A stretch of DNA of 64,000 bases from Candidatus Latescibacterota bacterium (GTDB taxonomy: Bacteria; Latescibacterota; UBA2968; GCA-2709665). The translations under genes and the position numbers were made by a program. The notes beneath the pieces are model-generated. The model saw only the letters and a program-made list of their open reading frames with translations. It was not told the origin of the DNA and made no database searches. This document shows, piece after piece, positions 40,629-49,826 of this stretch. Numbering within the stretch: position 1 is the first letter of the stretch; every line of letters starts with the position of its first letter. The stretch is taken from positions 1,632,001 to 1,696,000 of the forward strand of contig OZ241917.1 of NCBI GenBank assembly GCA_965203805.1. The letters are read 5' to 3'.

Positions 40629-42083
40629 TCAAACCAGAGCCTTTCGTAGAAGCCTCACTCCCCGTAGAAGCGAGGGCTCTCCTGCTTCCGAGAATCCCAG
40701 CAACACGCCCTCAGGACCGGCTTCTGCTCGGTAGCTCGACAGCGGGAGTAGCTCAAGACCTTCCTTCGCCGCTCGCCTGCACACGTCCTCTGCTACCATC
40801 CCATTGCGCAGCCAACCTACCAGGTGCATGCCTGTCTCGTCTGGATCCACGTGCAGCAGCCCATCTAGCTTCTCCTCAACTGCCTTGATTAGTCGGCGCT
40901 GTCGCTGGGAGTAGACCCGTCTCATGCGGCGCAAGTGTCGTTGGAAATGTCCTTCCGTCAGGAAGCGCTCCACGACCGCTTGTTCGAGCACTGGAGGTGG
41001 CCCACCGACGATTTGTCGGGCGGCCCTGAAGGCCGGAGCCAGATCCCGTGGCACAACGAGGTATGCCATGCGCAGACCGGAGAACATCGATTTGCTGAAC
41101 GACCCGAGGTACATGACTCGCTGATTGGGATCAATTCCTTGTAGAGCTGCCAGGGGTGTCCCTGAGTAGCAGAACTCACTATCGTAGTCCTCCTCGAGGA
41201 TCCAGGCGTCGGCGGTTTTCGCCCACGCCAGCAGATCGGCACGACGCCGAAGCGGCATGGTCTTTCCCAGGGGGAACTGGTGCGTTGGTGTCACGTGGAC
41301 GAGCCTTGCCTGCGGGGCACGCTTGCGTCCGGCCTCTACACTCAACCCCTGATCATCTACCGCAACCGGCACGACTTGTGCACCCCAGCCAACGAAAGCC
41401 CTGTGCGCGCCAAAGTACCCAGGGTCCTCCACCCAGACCGAATCGTCGGGATCCAGCAGGACATTCGCAACAAGAGCAATGCCCTGCTGACTGCCGCTGA
41501 CGACGATGACCTGGTCAGGCGTGCATCGGACGCCCCGCGTAGTGCCGAGGTGCTCAGCGATCGCTTCCCTCAAGGGCTCGAATTCGGAGCGACCCAGGCC
41601 CCGAGTCCCGATCAATTGATCCCAGCATTGAACCAGAAGCCTGCGCCAAGCCCTGCTTGGAAACAGATCGGCAGGTGCTCCCATCCCGAAGGCGCGACCG
41701 CGAGACTCCCCAGGCAACTGGATTGGCTCCGGCCATCTCTTGGCAAGGTTGTGGATCGCACGACCCTGATTTGAAAGGTTTCGACGACCACGAGGCTTGT
41801 CCAGCTCGGCGGCGCCCGGCCCGAACGGGATACCGCTCGGCAATTCCGCCACGAAGGTGCCGACGCCCTGTTTGCCTTCCAGCAAACCCTCGAGAATAAG
41901 TTGCTCAAACGCCATGTGAACGGTGTTTCGCGACACACCGCGTGAAGCTGCGAGCGCTCTTGTCGAAGGCATTCGGGCCCCCACCCGAAACTGACCGGAC
42001 AGGATTGCGTCCCGAAGGCCATCATAGAGCTGCCTGGAGAGAGAACCCGCTGAGCGATCCAGGCTAAGAGGTGGCAATGTCAT
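40629..42083 (-). CDS. MocR/GabR-family PLP-dependent GntR regulator
   Basis: PSTRALA..VSRNTV HTH; VTPTHQFPLG, EEDYDSEF, GSFSK. Confidence 0.92.
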   Translation of the reverse strand: MTLPPLSLDRSAGSLSRQLYDGLRDAILSGQFRVGARMPSTRALAASRGVSRNTVHMAFEQLILEGLLEGKQGVGTFVAELPSGIPFGPGAAELDKPRGRRNLSNQGRAIHNLAKRWPEPIQLPGESRGRAFGMGAPADLFPSRAWRRLLVQCWDQLIGTRGLGRSEFEPLREAIAEHLGTTRGVRCTPDQVIVVSGSQQGIALVANVLLDPDDSVWVEDPGYFGAHRAFVGWGAQVVPVAVDDQGLSVEAGRKRAPQARLVHVTPTHQFPLGKTMPLRRRADLLAWAKTADAWILEEDYDSEFCYSGTPLAALQGIDPNQRVMYLGSFSKSMFSGLRMAYLVVPRDLAPAFRAARQIVGGPPPVLEQAVVERFLTEGHFQRHLRRMRRVYSQRQRRLIKAVEEKLDGLLHVDPDETGMHLVGWLRNGMVAEDVCRRAAKEGLELLPLSSYRAEAGPEGVLLGFSEAGEPSLLRGVRLLRKALV

Positions 42084-42217
42084 CCTAAGTGTCCTTTAAA
42101 ATTTTACACAATTGGCACTTTTCAGAGACATCTCATCGGTGTATCATGGAGTTCAGAACCGTTCGATGCAAGAATCGAATGCCCAGACGCGTTTCCCATT
42201 TCACAGGAGAATGGACT

Positions 42218-43003
42218 ATGAACCGGGACACAGTCGTAATTGGCGAAGGGAAAACAAAGATCGTAAAGACGAATCCGAATGACCCAGCGACGGTCTTTCT
42301 CTACTTCAAAGACGACATCACAGCCGGAGATGGCGCAAAACACGATGTCTTTGAGGGTAAAGCTGTGCTGGACTGGGCGGTCAGTCGAGATTGTTTTGAG
42401 TTACTCTCGCGACGTGGACTGATCACGCACTATATAGACAGTCCCGAGGAGCGCGTCATGCTCGTCCGGAAGCTGGACCGTAAGCTCGAATTGGAGGTGG
42501 TCACTCGCCGAGTTGCGACGGGTTCGATTCTCAAGTGGGGTGACTACTCAGAGGGGGATCGATTCGACCCGGTGATCACGCAGTTCCACTACAAGGACGA
42601 TCCGCTTCATGATCCGATGCTGGACGACCGATACGTTGAGTTCATGATTCGGGACAAGGACGCGTGGGAATACGCCTCCATGCGTCAAGTGAATACCCAG
42701 GCGTTCCTGGTACTGGAGGCTGCGTTTGCGCAGTTCGGCGTGCAGCTCGTGGACATCAAGCTGGAGTACGGCATCATCGATGGAGAATTGTGCGTGATCG
42801 ACGAGATCTCGGGCGGCTCCTTCAGGCTGTGGCCTTTCAGATCAGATGCGCCCAACCTTGATTTGAGCAATGTGCTCTCCGAATTGGCGCCAGAGCAGCG
42901 GCTCGACAAAGATACATACCGCATGGGGGGCGCGCAAGATGAAGTCCTGTCCAGGTTCCGAGCGATTTCAGCGTTGACGTCGCGCTTCAAGGAGGTGGAG
43001 TAG
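42218..43003 (+). CDS. purC: SAICAR synthetase-like protein (short type)
   Basis: GEGKTK, FKDDITAGDG, YKDDPLHDP, LVDIKLEYG. Confidence 0.8.
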   Translation: MNRDTVVIGEGKTKIVKTNPNDPATVFLYFKDDITAGDGAKHDVFEGKAVLDWAVSRDCFELLSRRGLITHYIDSPEERVMLVRKLDRKLELEVVTRRVATGSILKWGDYSEGDRFDPVITQFHYKDDPLHDPMLDDRYVEFMIRDKDAWEYASMRQVNTQAFLVLEAAFAQFGVQLVDIKLEYGIIDGELCVIDEISGGSFRLWPFRSDAPNLDLSNVLSELAPEQRLDKDTYRMGGAQDEVLSRFRAISALTSRFKEVE

Positions 43004-43059
43004 GAGCGATGCCAAGGCGCAGTGGCGAACGCTAGTATGTCATGTATGAGATCGAGGAT

Positions 43060-43103
43060 TTTCAGGTTGCGAAGCGACCGGAGCCAGCAACTGTGTGTTA
43101 AAT
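43060..43103 (-). repeat. Half attC-like site
   Basis: gcgaagcgaccggagc..tgtgtGTTAAAT. Confidence 0.5.
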
Positions 43104-43167
43104 GGAGTCGTGGCTGGGGCGGGCCTTTTGCACGTATATAGACCCCATCCCATTCACGGGAAGTTCG

Positions 43168-43785
43168 CTATCTCAATAGCTGGAGAATCTCGTCTGGACG
43201 ATCCCGCTTTCTGGCATAATCCAGCGGCGTTTCGATTTTGGCAGAAGGTAGGGCCTTATCTGCGCCGGCCTCAAGCAGAAGTTCGATAATCTCCTTGTCT
43301 GCATAAGAAGCCGCAAAGTGTAACGCTGTCTCGCCGTAAGTCCGTGGGGGATCGTCAGTGGAAGTTGGCGCATCCTCATGGCACCGCTGATTCACATCTG
43401 CTCCTGATTGAACAAAAAATCTGACGACCTCAAGATTGTTCACCTGAACCCCGCACTGCAGCCCAGTCAGCCCATTGACTGCAGAAGCAAGGTTGATATC
43501 TGCCCCTACGTCCAGGTAGAGTTGCAGATACTTCAATTGGCCACGCCCGGCAGAGAACATCAGCATGGTACCTTCGTCGAACTCATTATGATTGACATCG
43601 GTCCCATGGGTGAAGAGGTAACGCATAATTTCTTCATGTTCGGCCGTTTCCTGCATTGGAGGAATGACGGCAGCAGTAATACAAGAAGCCTCTGCGCCGC
43701 CCTCAACCAATTGGCGCATCCCATCGAGATCTACCTCTTTAACAGCCTGAATCAGTGCTTTATTTCGGTCAATCTGTTCAGCCAT
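43168..43785 (-). CDS. Ankyrin repeat protein
   Basis: GADVNQ, GETALHFAA, ETPLDYA. Confidence 0.85.
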   Translation of the reverse strand: MAEQIDRNKALIQAVKEVDLDGMRQLVEGGAEASCITAAVIPPMQETAEHEEIMRYLFTHGTDVNHNEFDEGTMLMFSAGRGQLKYLQLYLDVGADINLASAVNGLTGLQCGVQVNNLEVVRFFVQSGADVNQRCHEDAPTSTDDPPRTYGETALHFAASYADKEIIELLLEAGADKALPSAKIETPLDYARKRDRPDEILQLLR

Positions 43786-44029
43786 AGTGCCTCCTTGTAT
43801 GAAGTATGTACGTCCTCGGTAATGACAACCTACTATCTCCAAGATATTTCTCTTTTGGAGCAGCCATACCGAGCTGCTTGTGGCAGTCTTACCAAGATCT
43901 GTTCGACATCTGCGAAGGGGTTAGAGTTCCCACAATTCAATATCGTATTCGAGCTCTCGAATCACGCTATTTATCTTGTGCCTCAACTTCGGATCGCTTT
44001 CTTTTGTCAAAATCGGTTTTAAATTAGAC

Positions 44030-44600
44030 AGAAACGACGGTTCAAAAATGGACACTTCCGTGTAAGTTCGCTGCAATACGCAGCGAAGCCCTGCCTGTGC
44101 TTATGGTAGGGATATCCACACATATCCCAAAAAGCACAGGAGGGCTCGTACCCATGATATTGAGGGAGATGTCCATGCAAATCAAGTATTTGAGTGAAGA
44201 CGGTGTTCCGAAGGCACGGATTGCCCGACAGTTGGGCGTCTCACGGCAGACGGTGTATAACCACCTGAACCGTGAGGAGGTGTTTCCCAAGGTGAGGGCG
44301 CCACCCGCCTCGAAGCTGGATGCGTATAAGGGCGTGATCCGGACGCGTCTGGAGCAGTTCGATTTGCCCGGGACGGTGCTGTTGCGGGAACTGCGTTTGC
44401 AAGGCTATACCGGCGGGATCACGATCCTGCGTGAGTTCATTCGCCCGCTGAAGGCGTCGTTGGTGCGTCGTGTGCCGGAACGCTTTGAGACGACGCCCGG
44501 GCGCCAGGCACAGATGGACTGGGGCGAGTGCGGCACGGTGCAAGTGGGTGATGGTCGCAAGAAGCAGTATGTGTTTGTGCTGGTGGGCTATTCGCGGACG
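44030..44600 (+). mobile_element. istA: IS21-family left end with truncated istA (44154..44600)
   Basis: IARQLGVSRQTV, SKLDAYK, RFETTPGRQAQMDWG. Confidence 0.85.
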
Positions 44601-44921
44601 ATGGATCAGCATGTTGTCTTCGGGAATAATGTGCCCCACGGGAATGTACCCGATGACGCGCACGTCCCGCGCATGGGCCTCGGCGATGGTCTCGGCGAGC
44701 AGGTCACGCTCACCTAATTGAGGGTGCGGGAGAAAGAACTCATTGGGGAAGACCGCCCATTTGCCCGCGCTGCCGAACCAAATGGCGTTGGCGTGGTATT
44801 TCCGCACGACATCGACGAGTTGCTTCGCGTCAAAGTCGATGTCGGGCCAGAAGGGCGGGTGGTATTGCTCTCTCTGAAAGGTGCGGGCCCGCCGTACCCA
44901 CTCGTGGCTTGGCTTGATCAT
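44601..44921 (-). pseudogene. 5' fragment of a second GHL6-like gene
   Basis: 44601..45065 nearly repeats 26727..27208. Confidence 0.8.
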
Positions 44922-45088
44922 AGCGATGACCTCCAAAATCTGTACCGTCTTTTTTTACATGCAGAGAACGGCCTCCCATGATTCACGGCCGCTCATTCAT
45001 GATCGAGAAGCCGAGAATTATCAGGCTGAACCCAGCCAGCAGCAGCCCAGGCTCGGCTGTCGCCGAAGTTATGCGCCGGCATTGTCTT

Positions 45089-45694
45089 TCAGACGTTCTC
45101 TATCCCACGTTTCCGCAGGTACCCGACGATCTCTTCTCGTGTCTCAAGACCCTCGAATATGACAGCATTGTAGATGTGTCTTCCACTCGAATCGGGTGTT
45201 CTTCCCTCTGTCGTCAGGAGAGACTGCTTTATCTCGATGATCTTCCTTCTGTCGTTCTCGGTCATCCTCTCCTTAACTGTCGCCATCTGCGCTTTGTCCT
45301 GCTCCAGCAGTTCTGCCTTGGTCGACCAAAGGTCTACTTTCCAGGGAATCTGACGGTCAGGCCTGTCTACCCTCCAAGTCCAGTGGAGCCCCTCGGGCTG
45401 GCCATCTCGGGGAAAATGGGCACAGTCGTGGAAGCTCATTGTCAGGACCTTACCGAGTGAGGCGACTTGGCTTCCAAGCTCAAAAAACCTATCGATGGAC
45501 CAAGGGTCCGGTTCCATCACCATGTGGATGTCCAAGTCGGGCCATACCATCGTGTTCATTTCGTAGCTGCCCCGGTACCAAACATCTCCGAAAGAGTTTA
45601 GGACTTTACCAAGTCCGCACTCGGAGATCAGCTCATCCGCCTCTGCCTTGAGGTCTTCTGCTACCTCGAGCGGCTCAACTGGCACCGAGCACAT
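45089..45694 (-). CDS. Nucleotidyltransferase-like hypothetical protein
   Basis: GSYEMNTMVWPDLD..WKVDLW; cassette ends gttatgcgcc/ggcgcataac. Confidence 0.6.
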   Translation of the reverse strand: MCSVPVEPLEVAEDLKAEADELISECGLGKVLNSFGDVWYRGSYEMNTMVWPDLDIHMVMEPDPWSIDRFFELGSQVASLGKVLTMSFHDCAHFPRDGQPEGLHWTWRVDRPDRQIPWKVDLWSTKAELLEQDKAQMATVKERMTENDRRKIIEIKQSLLTTEGRTPDSSGRHIYNAVIFEGLETREEIVGYLRKRGIENV

Positions 45695-45742
45695 CCCTTG
45701 AGTGTCTCCAAAGCAATGGGGTGATGACTGGATTCTGCTGGC

Positions 45743-45880
45743 GCATAACGTTTCAGGGTTGCAGACGCCTGCCGTCCCGAAGGGTTGGCGCGACGGCTGC
45801 GTAGGCAGACGGCGTGACAAGGCAGGTGTGCCGCAGGCCCGAGCGACCGAAGGGAACGATGCCGCAACCCGTTGTTACCT
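45743..45880 (-). repeat. attC-like site (long type)
   Basis: GCATAAC..gggttgc..gcaaccc..GTTACCT. Confidence 0.82.
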
Positions 45881-45943
45881 GTTCGTTGCGACCGGGGTGG
45901 GGAGTGGCCATGCCAGGACGCCAAGGCCACCCACCGTTTCTCC

Positions 45944-46762
45944 CTACTCTTTGTCCGGCAGGAATCGGAAGAGATGGGTTTGCCATCTTGACAACGGACT
46001 TTCCTGCGTCTGTTCAAAGAAGGCGATTGAGGCGCGAGCATTGAGACTTTCAGATCTGTTCAGCGGATTGCAGAAGCTGTATTCAATGCCTCCATTCTCT
46101 TCCTCTCGCACATATGACTCCAAGCAGTCCATCAGATCGGATCGTTCAAGGTCGAACGGAACACAGTCAGTTGTCGCCAGAATCCCCTCGTGGTAGAACC
46201 CGGGCACATCGTGTTCGAGTCCGACAATCCTGGAATGTCCGTATTGGTATGAAATGCTAAGGAAAACAACACCACCACTCTTCAGGTAGTCCCTCGCTCC
46301 GCGCAGGATGACTCTTCGGAACTCGAAACCATCATCATCCTCACTGGAAGGTGGATTCGCCAAGACGAAAGAGACCTGTCCCTTCAATGAAATCAGCGTC
46401 TCCAGATCTTGGGCGGCGTAGGGAACGTAGGAGTCTGAATGGAAGAAGCCTGTCTTCTTTGCTGAATCATTCAGTTCCGCATTCTGTAATGCTGTCTTGA
46501 TGTTGGCCTCATCAATATCAAGACCAAGAACACGACTCACCGAAGGGATTCTTGCAGCAGCGATGCTAAGGCATCCTCCCCCACAGCCCCAATCGAGCCC
46601 AATGCCCGAGAGCAGGCCTTGGTGAGTCCCGATGGCCTCCAATGAGATCCTGCTTGCGGGAGTTATTGGGAAAGTGTCAGGGGGGCTCATCAGCCGCATA
46701 TCACCGAGACCAAAGGTGTCTGGGTCAGCAAGCGTAAGGTCGGGTACCTGGGTCTCTTCCAT
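45944..46762 (-). CDS. SAM-dependent methyltransferase (NPP motif)
   Basis: LDWGCGGG, VLANPP. Confidence 0.8.
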   Translation of the reverse strand: MEETQVPDLTLADPDTFGLGDMRLMSPPDTFPITPASRISLEAIGTHQGLLSGIGLDWGCGGGCLSIAAARIPSVSRVLGLDIDEANIKTALQNAELNDSAKKTGFFHSDSYVPYAAQDLETLISLKGQVSFVLANPPSSEDDDGFEFRRVILRGARDYLKSGGVVFLSISYQYGHSRIVGLEHDVPGFYHEGILATTDCVPFDLERSDLMDCLESYVREEENGGIEYSFCNPLNRSESLNARASIAFFEQTQESPLSRWQTHLFRFLPDKE

Positions 46763-46845
46763 TCTGCCTCCGTTGTTGTAGTGGTTAGTCAGTCCTCTCG
46801 TTTGGCGCCAAGACGGCGCCATCTTCCCAGGGAGGTCGCAATGAC

Positions 46846-46967
46846 AGGTAACGTTCTCGCCACTTGCGAACCCACCCCGCTCTGTGAGCGGGTTGCCGTC
46901 AGGCCAAGGAGCCCTTTGACAAGCTCAGGATAAACTCCGCGACGCAGCGCAAGTGGACGTGTTAGCA
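46846..46967 (-). repeat. attC-like site with nested mini-repeat
   Basis: AGGTAAC..ccacttgcg..cgcaagtgg..GTTAGCA. Confidence 0.85.
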
Positions 46968-46992
46968 GGCGTGCGCTTTTGGCTTCTGGAAA

Positions 46993-48561
46993 TCAAACTC
47001 GCATCGGATTCTGTCTCGCCCAATGCGTAATCGCGATTTCGATTGGGTCAAGTCGACTCTCAAGGGATTGGTACCAGTGTTTCCGCTCATCTGATGGCAA
47101 GCAACTACCGCCATAGAGCACCGCCCGCCTCTCCCAAGGGGAGAAATCAAACACGTTGCGTTTCCGTGTACGGAACCAAGAATCCTGGAGAGAACGTCCA
47201 AGACACAGAATTGCCTCCCTACTTGTGATGTGATCAGGCCACCTCGAGCATATAGACACGAACCGGTCCGCGTTGTTAAAGCCTGAATCCTGAGCAAAAA
47301 GAGAGAGCAACCACATTCTGTGGAACTCCAGGTGTGACACCAACGAGCTATCCAATGCCGTCAAGAGCTGTCGTCCCGCACTTGCCTTTTCGGCTCCCGT
47401 GAGTCCGTGCAATCCTCCAATGTATTGGACGACATGGCTGAATACGGGATATAGCTTCTCCAGGTTATCCATAACCACTTGAAGTGATTCGCGGTTGCCC
47501 AACTGAGAAAGTCTGCTAAGCAGAAAACGAGTTACTGGAATGTCAATTTCCTCTCCTTCAAGTTGCGCATCTAATAGACCGCCAAGATTCAGATTGGCGA
47601 TCTGCACCTTCTGTTCTTCTGTTAGGCCCTCCCAGGTTATCGGTTCATACAAGCTCTGGAGTCCAAGGTTGGCTGCTATTTGCTGAAAGCTTTGAGTAAG
47701 ACTGGTTATCTCCAACTCGCGATCACTGGACAAGTATCTGTGGTTGAAAACTTCCACTGGCAGAATTCTTGTTTTGTGCTGCTGCAAAGTCAAACCATGA
47801 TTCTCAAAAAGGACGTTCGCCAAAAATGCCAGTCTCTCATATGCCTCTCGCTTTGTGTTGCAGAAGATTCGAAAGTCGTCGCTGAATCGTACAAAAGTCC
47901 AACCTTCTGAGATCAGTGATCTGTCAACGTCATCGAGTGCAACCTCGGCAAGCAGTCTTGATGCCGATGGACCGACGGGAATGCCGTAGGAATAAGACTC
48001 CGACCAACCATTCAGGAGGTTATCTAAAGCGAACGCATGGTTCGTTTTGGTGGTTGCTGCGGTTAAGGCGTTTTTTATCCTGTGGTGATAGATTCTCGGA
48101 AAGAAATCCGCAATATCTGCAAGCACTACCCAGCTGTAATTGAGGGCTGCAAGCTCCTTACATTTCTTTAGGTAGGAGTGGTAACCGTAGTCTGAATCAA
48201 ACATGGTGCCGTCAGATTGGGGCAAAAACCGATAGGAATGAACGACGTCATCTGACTTGCTGACTCTCCGATTCTCAATGTCCACACCGACCTCGTAAAC
48301 GAGGGCTGTGAACACGAGGAAGTCCGCGGGATCTAGCTGTGTTGATATTCTAAACCCAAATTGGTGCTTGGGAGTAAGGCATCGTCTTGATGGACGCACG
48401 TCCCAATCCAGCACATCCTCGTCGGAGAGCCAACCAAGGATGTCGGATGAGCGGTCATCGATCGCACGAAATTCAAAGATCCCGGGGAAAATGTCGGTAT
48501 CCCCCTTGATGAGAGCCTGTTTAAGGGCCCAATTGAGGCTTTGCCTATTCAGCTTGAGCAT
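46993..48561 (-). CDS. Stand-alone reverse transcriptase, UG/Abi (DRT-like), with helical C-terminal domain
   Basis: ADIADFFPRI, GIPVGPSASRLLAE, FVRFSDDFRIF, GLTLQQHKT; no maturase domain recognisable. Confidence 0.85.
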   Translation of the reverse strand: MLKLNRQSLNWALKQALIKGDTDIFPGIFEFRAIDDRSSDILGWLSDEDVLDWDVRPSRRCLTPKHQFGFRISTQLDPADFLVFTALVYEVGVDIENRRVSKSDDVVHSYRFLPQSDGTMFDSDYGYHSYLKKCKELAALNYSWVVLADIADFFPRIYHHRIKNALTAATTKTNHAFALDNLLNGWSESYSYGIPVGPSASRLLAEVALDDVDRSLISEGWTFVRFSDDFRIFCNTKREAYERLAFLANVLFENHGLTLQQHKTRILPVEVFNHRYLSSDRELEITSLTQSFQQIAANLGLQSLYEPITWEGLTEEQKVQIANLNLGGLLDAQLEGEEIDIPVTRFLLSRLSQLGNRESLQVVMDNLEKLYPVFSHVVQYIGGLHGLTGAEKASAGRQLLTALDSSLVSHLEFHRMWLLSLFAQDSGFNNADRFVSICSRWPDHITSREAILCLGRSLQDSWFRTRKRNVFDFSPWERRAVLYGGSCLPSDERKHWYQSLESRLDPIEIAITHWARQNPMRV

Positions 48562-48683
48562 AACTGTTCCCTTCTTTCCATCAGGCTCTAAGAACTAGCG
48601 ACAAGCGTCTGCCTGCTAACTACCGTATTACCGGCAATCTGCCAAGTGCGTGCTGGGAACTGCCACTTACCCAATCGGAATGA

Positions 48684-49094
48684 TCAGCTCCGCTTCGACA
48701 CATCAGGCTTCTCTTTGAGCTTATGGATACCGATCTGATTCCCGTCCGGGTCCTTGATCACGGCAATACTGCAGCGGGCTCCTTCGAAGGGTCCCAATTC
48801 AAACGATACGCCACAGCTTTCAATATGCGCGATGGCCTCTTCGAAATCCTCCACCTCCAACGAGAGTCCCGCGCTGAGCACGGCTGGCGGTTCGCCGTGA
48901 AACCAGGTCGTGGTCACCGCGAGCGTATCGTGGGGGCCGACAGCGTACTCGATGAAGCCGTCATCCCCATCGGGTCCGCGAGGAGGGTCAATGACCGTGG
49001 GTTCGGGCAGGCGCAGAACCGTCTCATAGAATTCACGCGCGCGCTTCAGACTCGTCACCGGATGGCCGACAAAAGCGAATCCTCTAATCTTCAC
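48684..49094 (-). CDS. VOC/glyoxalase family protein
   Basis: RAREFYETVL, IKDPDGNQIGIH. Confidence 0.85.
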   Translation of the reverse strand: MKIRGFAFVGHPVTSLKRAREFYETVLRLPEPTVIDPPRGPDGDDGFIEYAVGPHDTLAVTTTWFHGEPPAVLSAGLSLEVEDFEEAIAHIESCGVSFELGPFEGARCSIAVIKDPDGNQIGIHKLKEKPDVSKRS

Positions 49095-49254
49095 GCAACG
49101 CTCCCTTTCAGTTGATTCCTTTTAATGCTCAGTTCCTTGCAGATGATCGAAAATTGTGGATCGCCAAATCTCCGCAGATCACCGAAAACCCATTGCCTGA
49201 TCCAATATTCGAAAAGGCTATCATACGGCGCGCTCTCAGTGGATTACGGTCCGC

Positions 49255-49612
49255 CTATGTGATGTCCCCAGATATATTGGCGGTGATTCAGAGCCGGAGT
49301 CAAGATGATCGAGCAAGGGTTTCGGATAGAATCTCATGCGCTTAAGTCTACCAGGTGGACACCTTTTGCCTAGGGATCGGGGTGATTGTCAGTGATATAT
49401 TCTCGAACGAATTGCAGACTTTCAACCTTGACATCGGCGCCTATTTCTTCCTGGCACTCCCGCTTGAGAGCATCCAAAAGTGTTTCTTTGCAAGGTTCCA
49501 TACCTCCTCCAGGAAGAATGTACCAAAGACCGTTGTCGTCGATGTTCTCAGTAATGAGAATCCGGTCGTCTCTCTGGATCAGAGCCTTGGCCGCATTTCG
49601 CAGTTTCATAAT
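49255..49612 (-). pseudogene. NUDIX hydrolase, disrupted
   Basis: LPGGGMEPCKETLLDALKRECQEEIG; C-terminus RFYPKPLL..YLGDIT in another frame. Confidence 0.65.
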
Positions 49613-49826
49613 GGATGCCTCGAAAGAACGTGAAGATCGCACGAACCCGCTGCAGCTACAAGATAAAGCAAAGCCCTCTGGTCAGCGAGGGCTTTGAACT
49701 GCTGCGAGTTGGGCGAAGACCCTTGTGGCCTGAGCCGTGCACTGTCGTGTTTTGCGGCGCTGCTCTCTCTGCCTTTAGAAAACGGAGCTTGTGTCAGGCC
49801 TGTCGAACCAGCTCTCGAATACCTGT

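Noticed and set aside
46993-48561. RT as retron, DGR or maturase for the ORF-less intron
   Set aside because: No space for msr-msd or a template repeat in the cassette, no TR/VR pair with adenine-specific differences, no recognisable maturase domain or YADD
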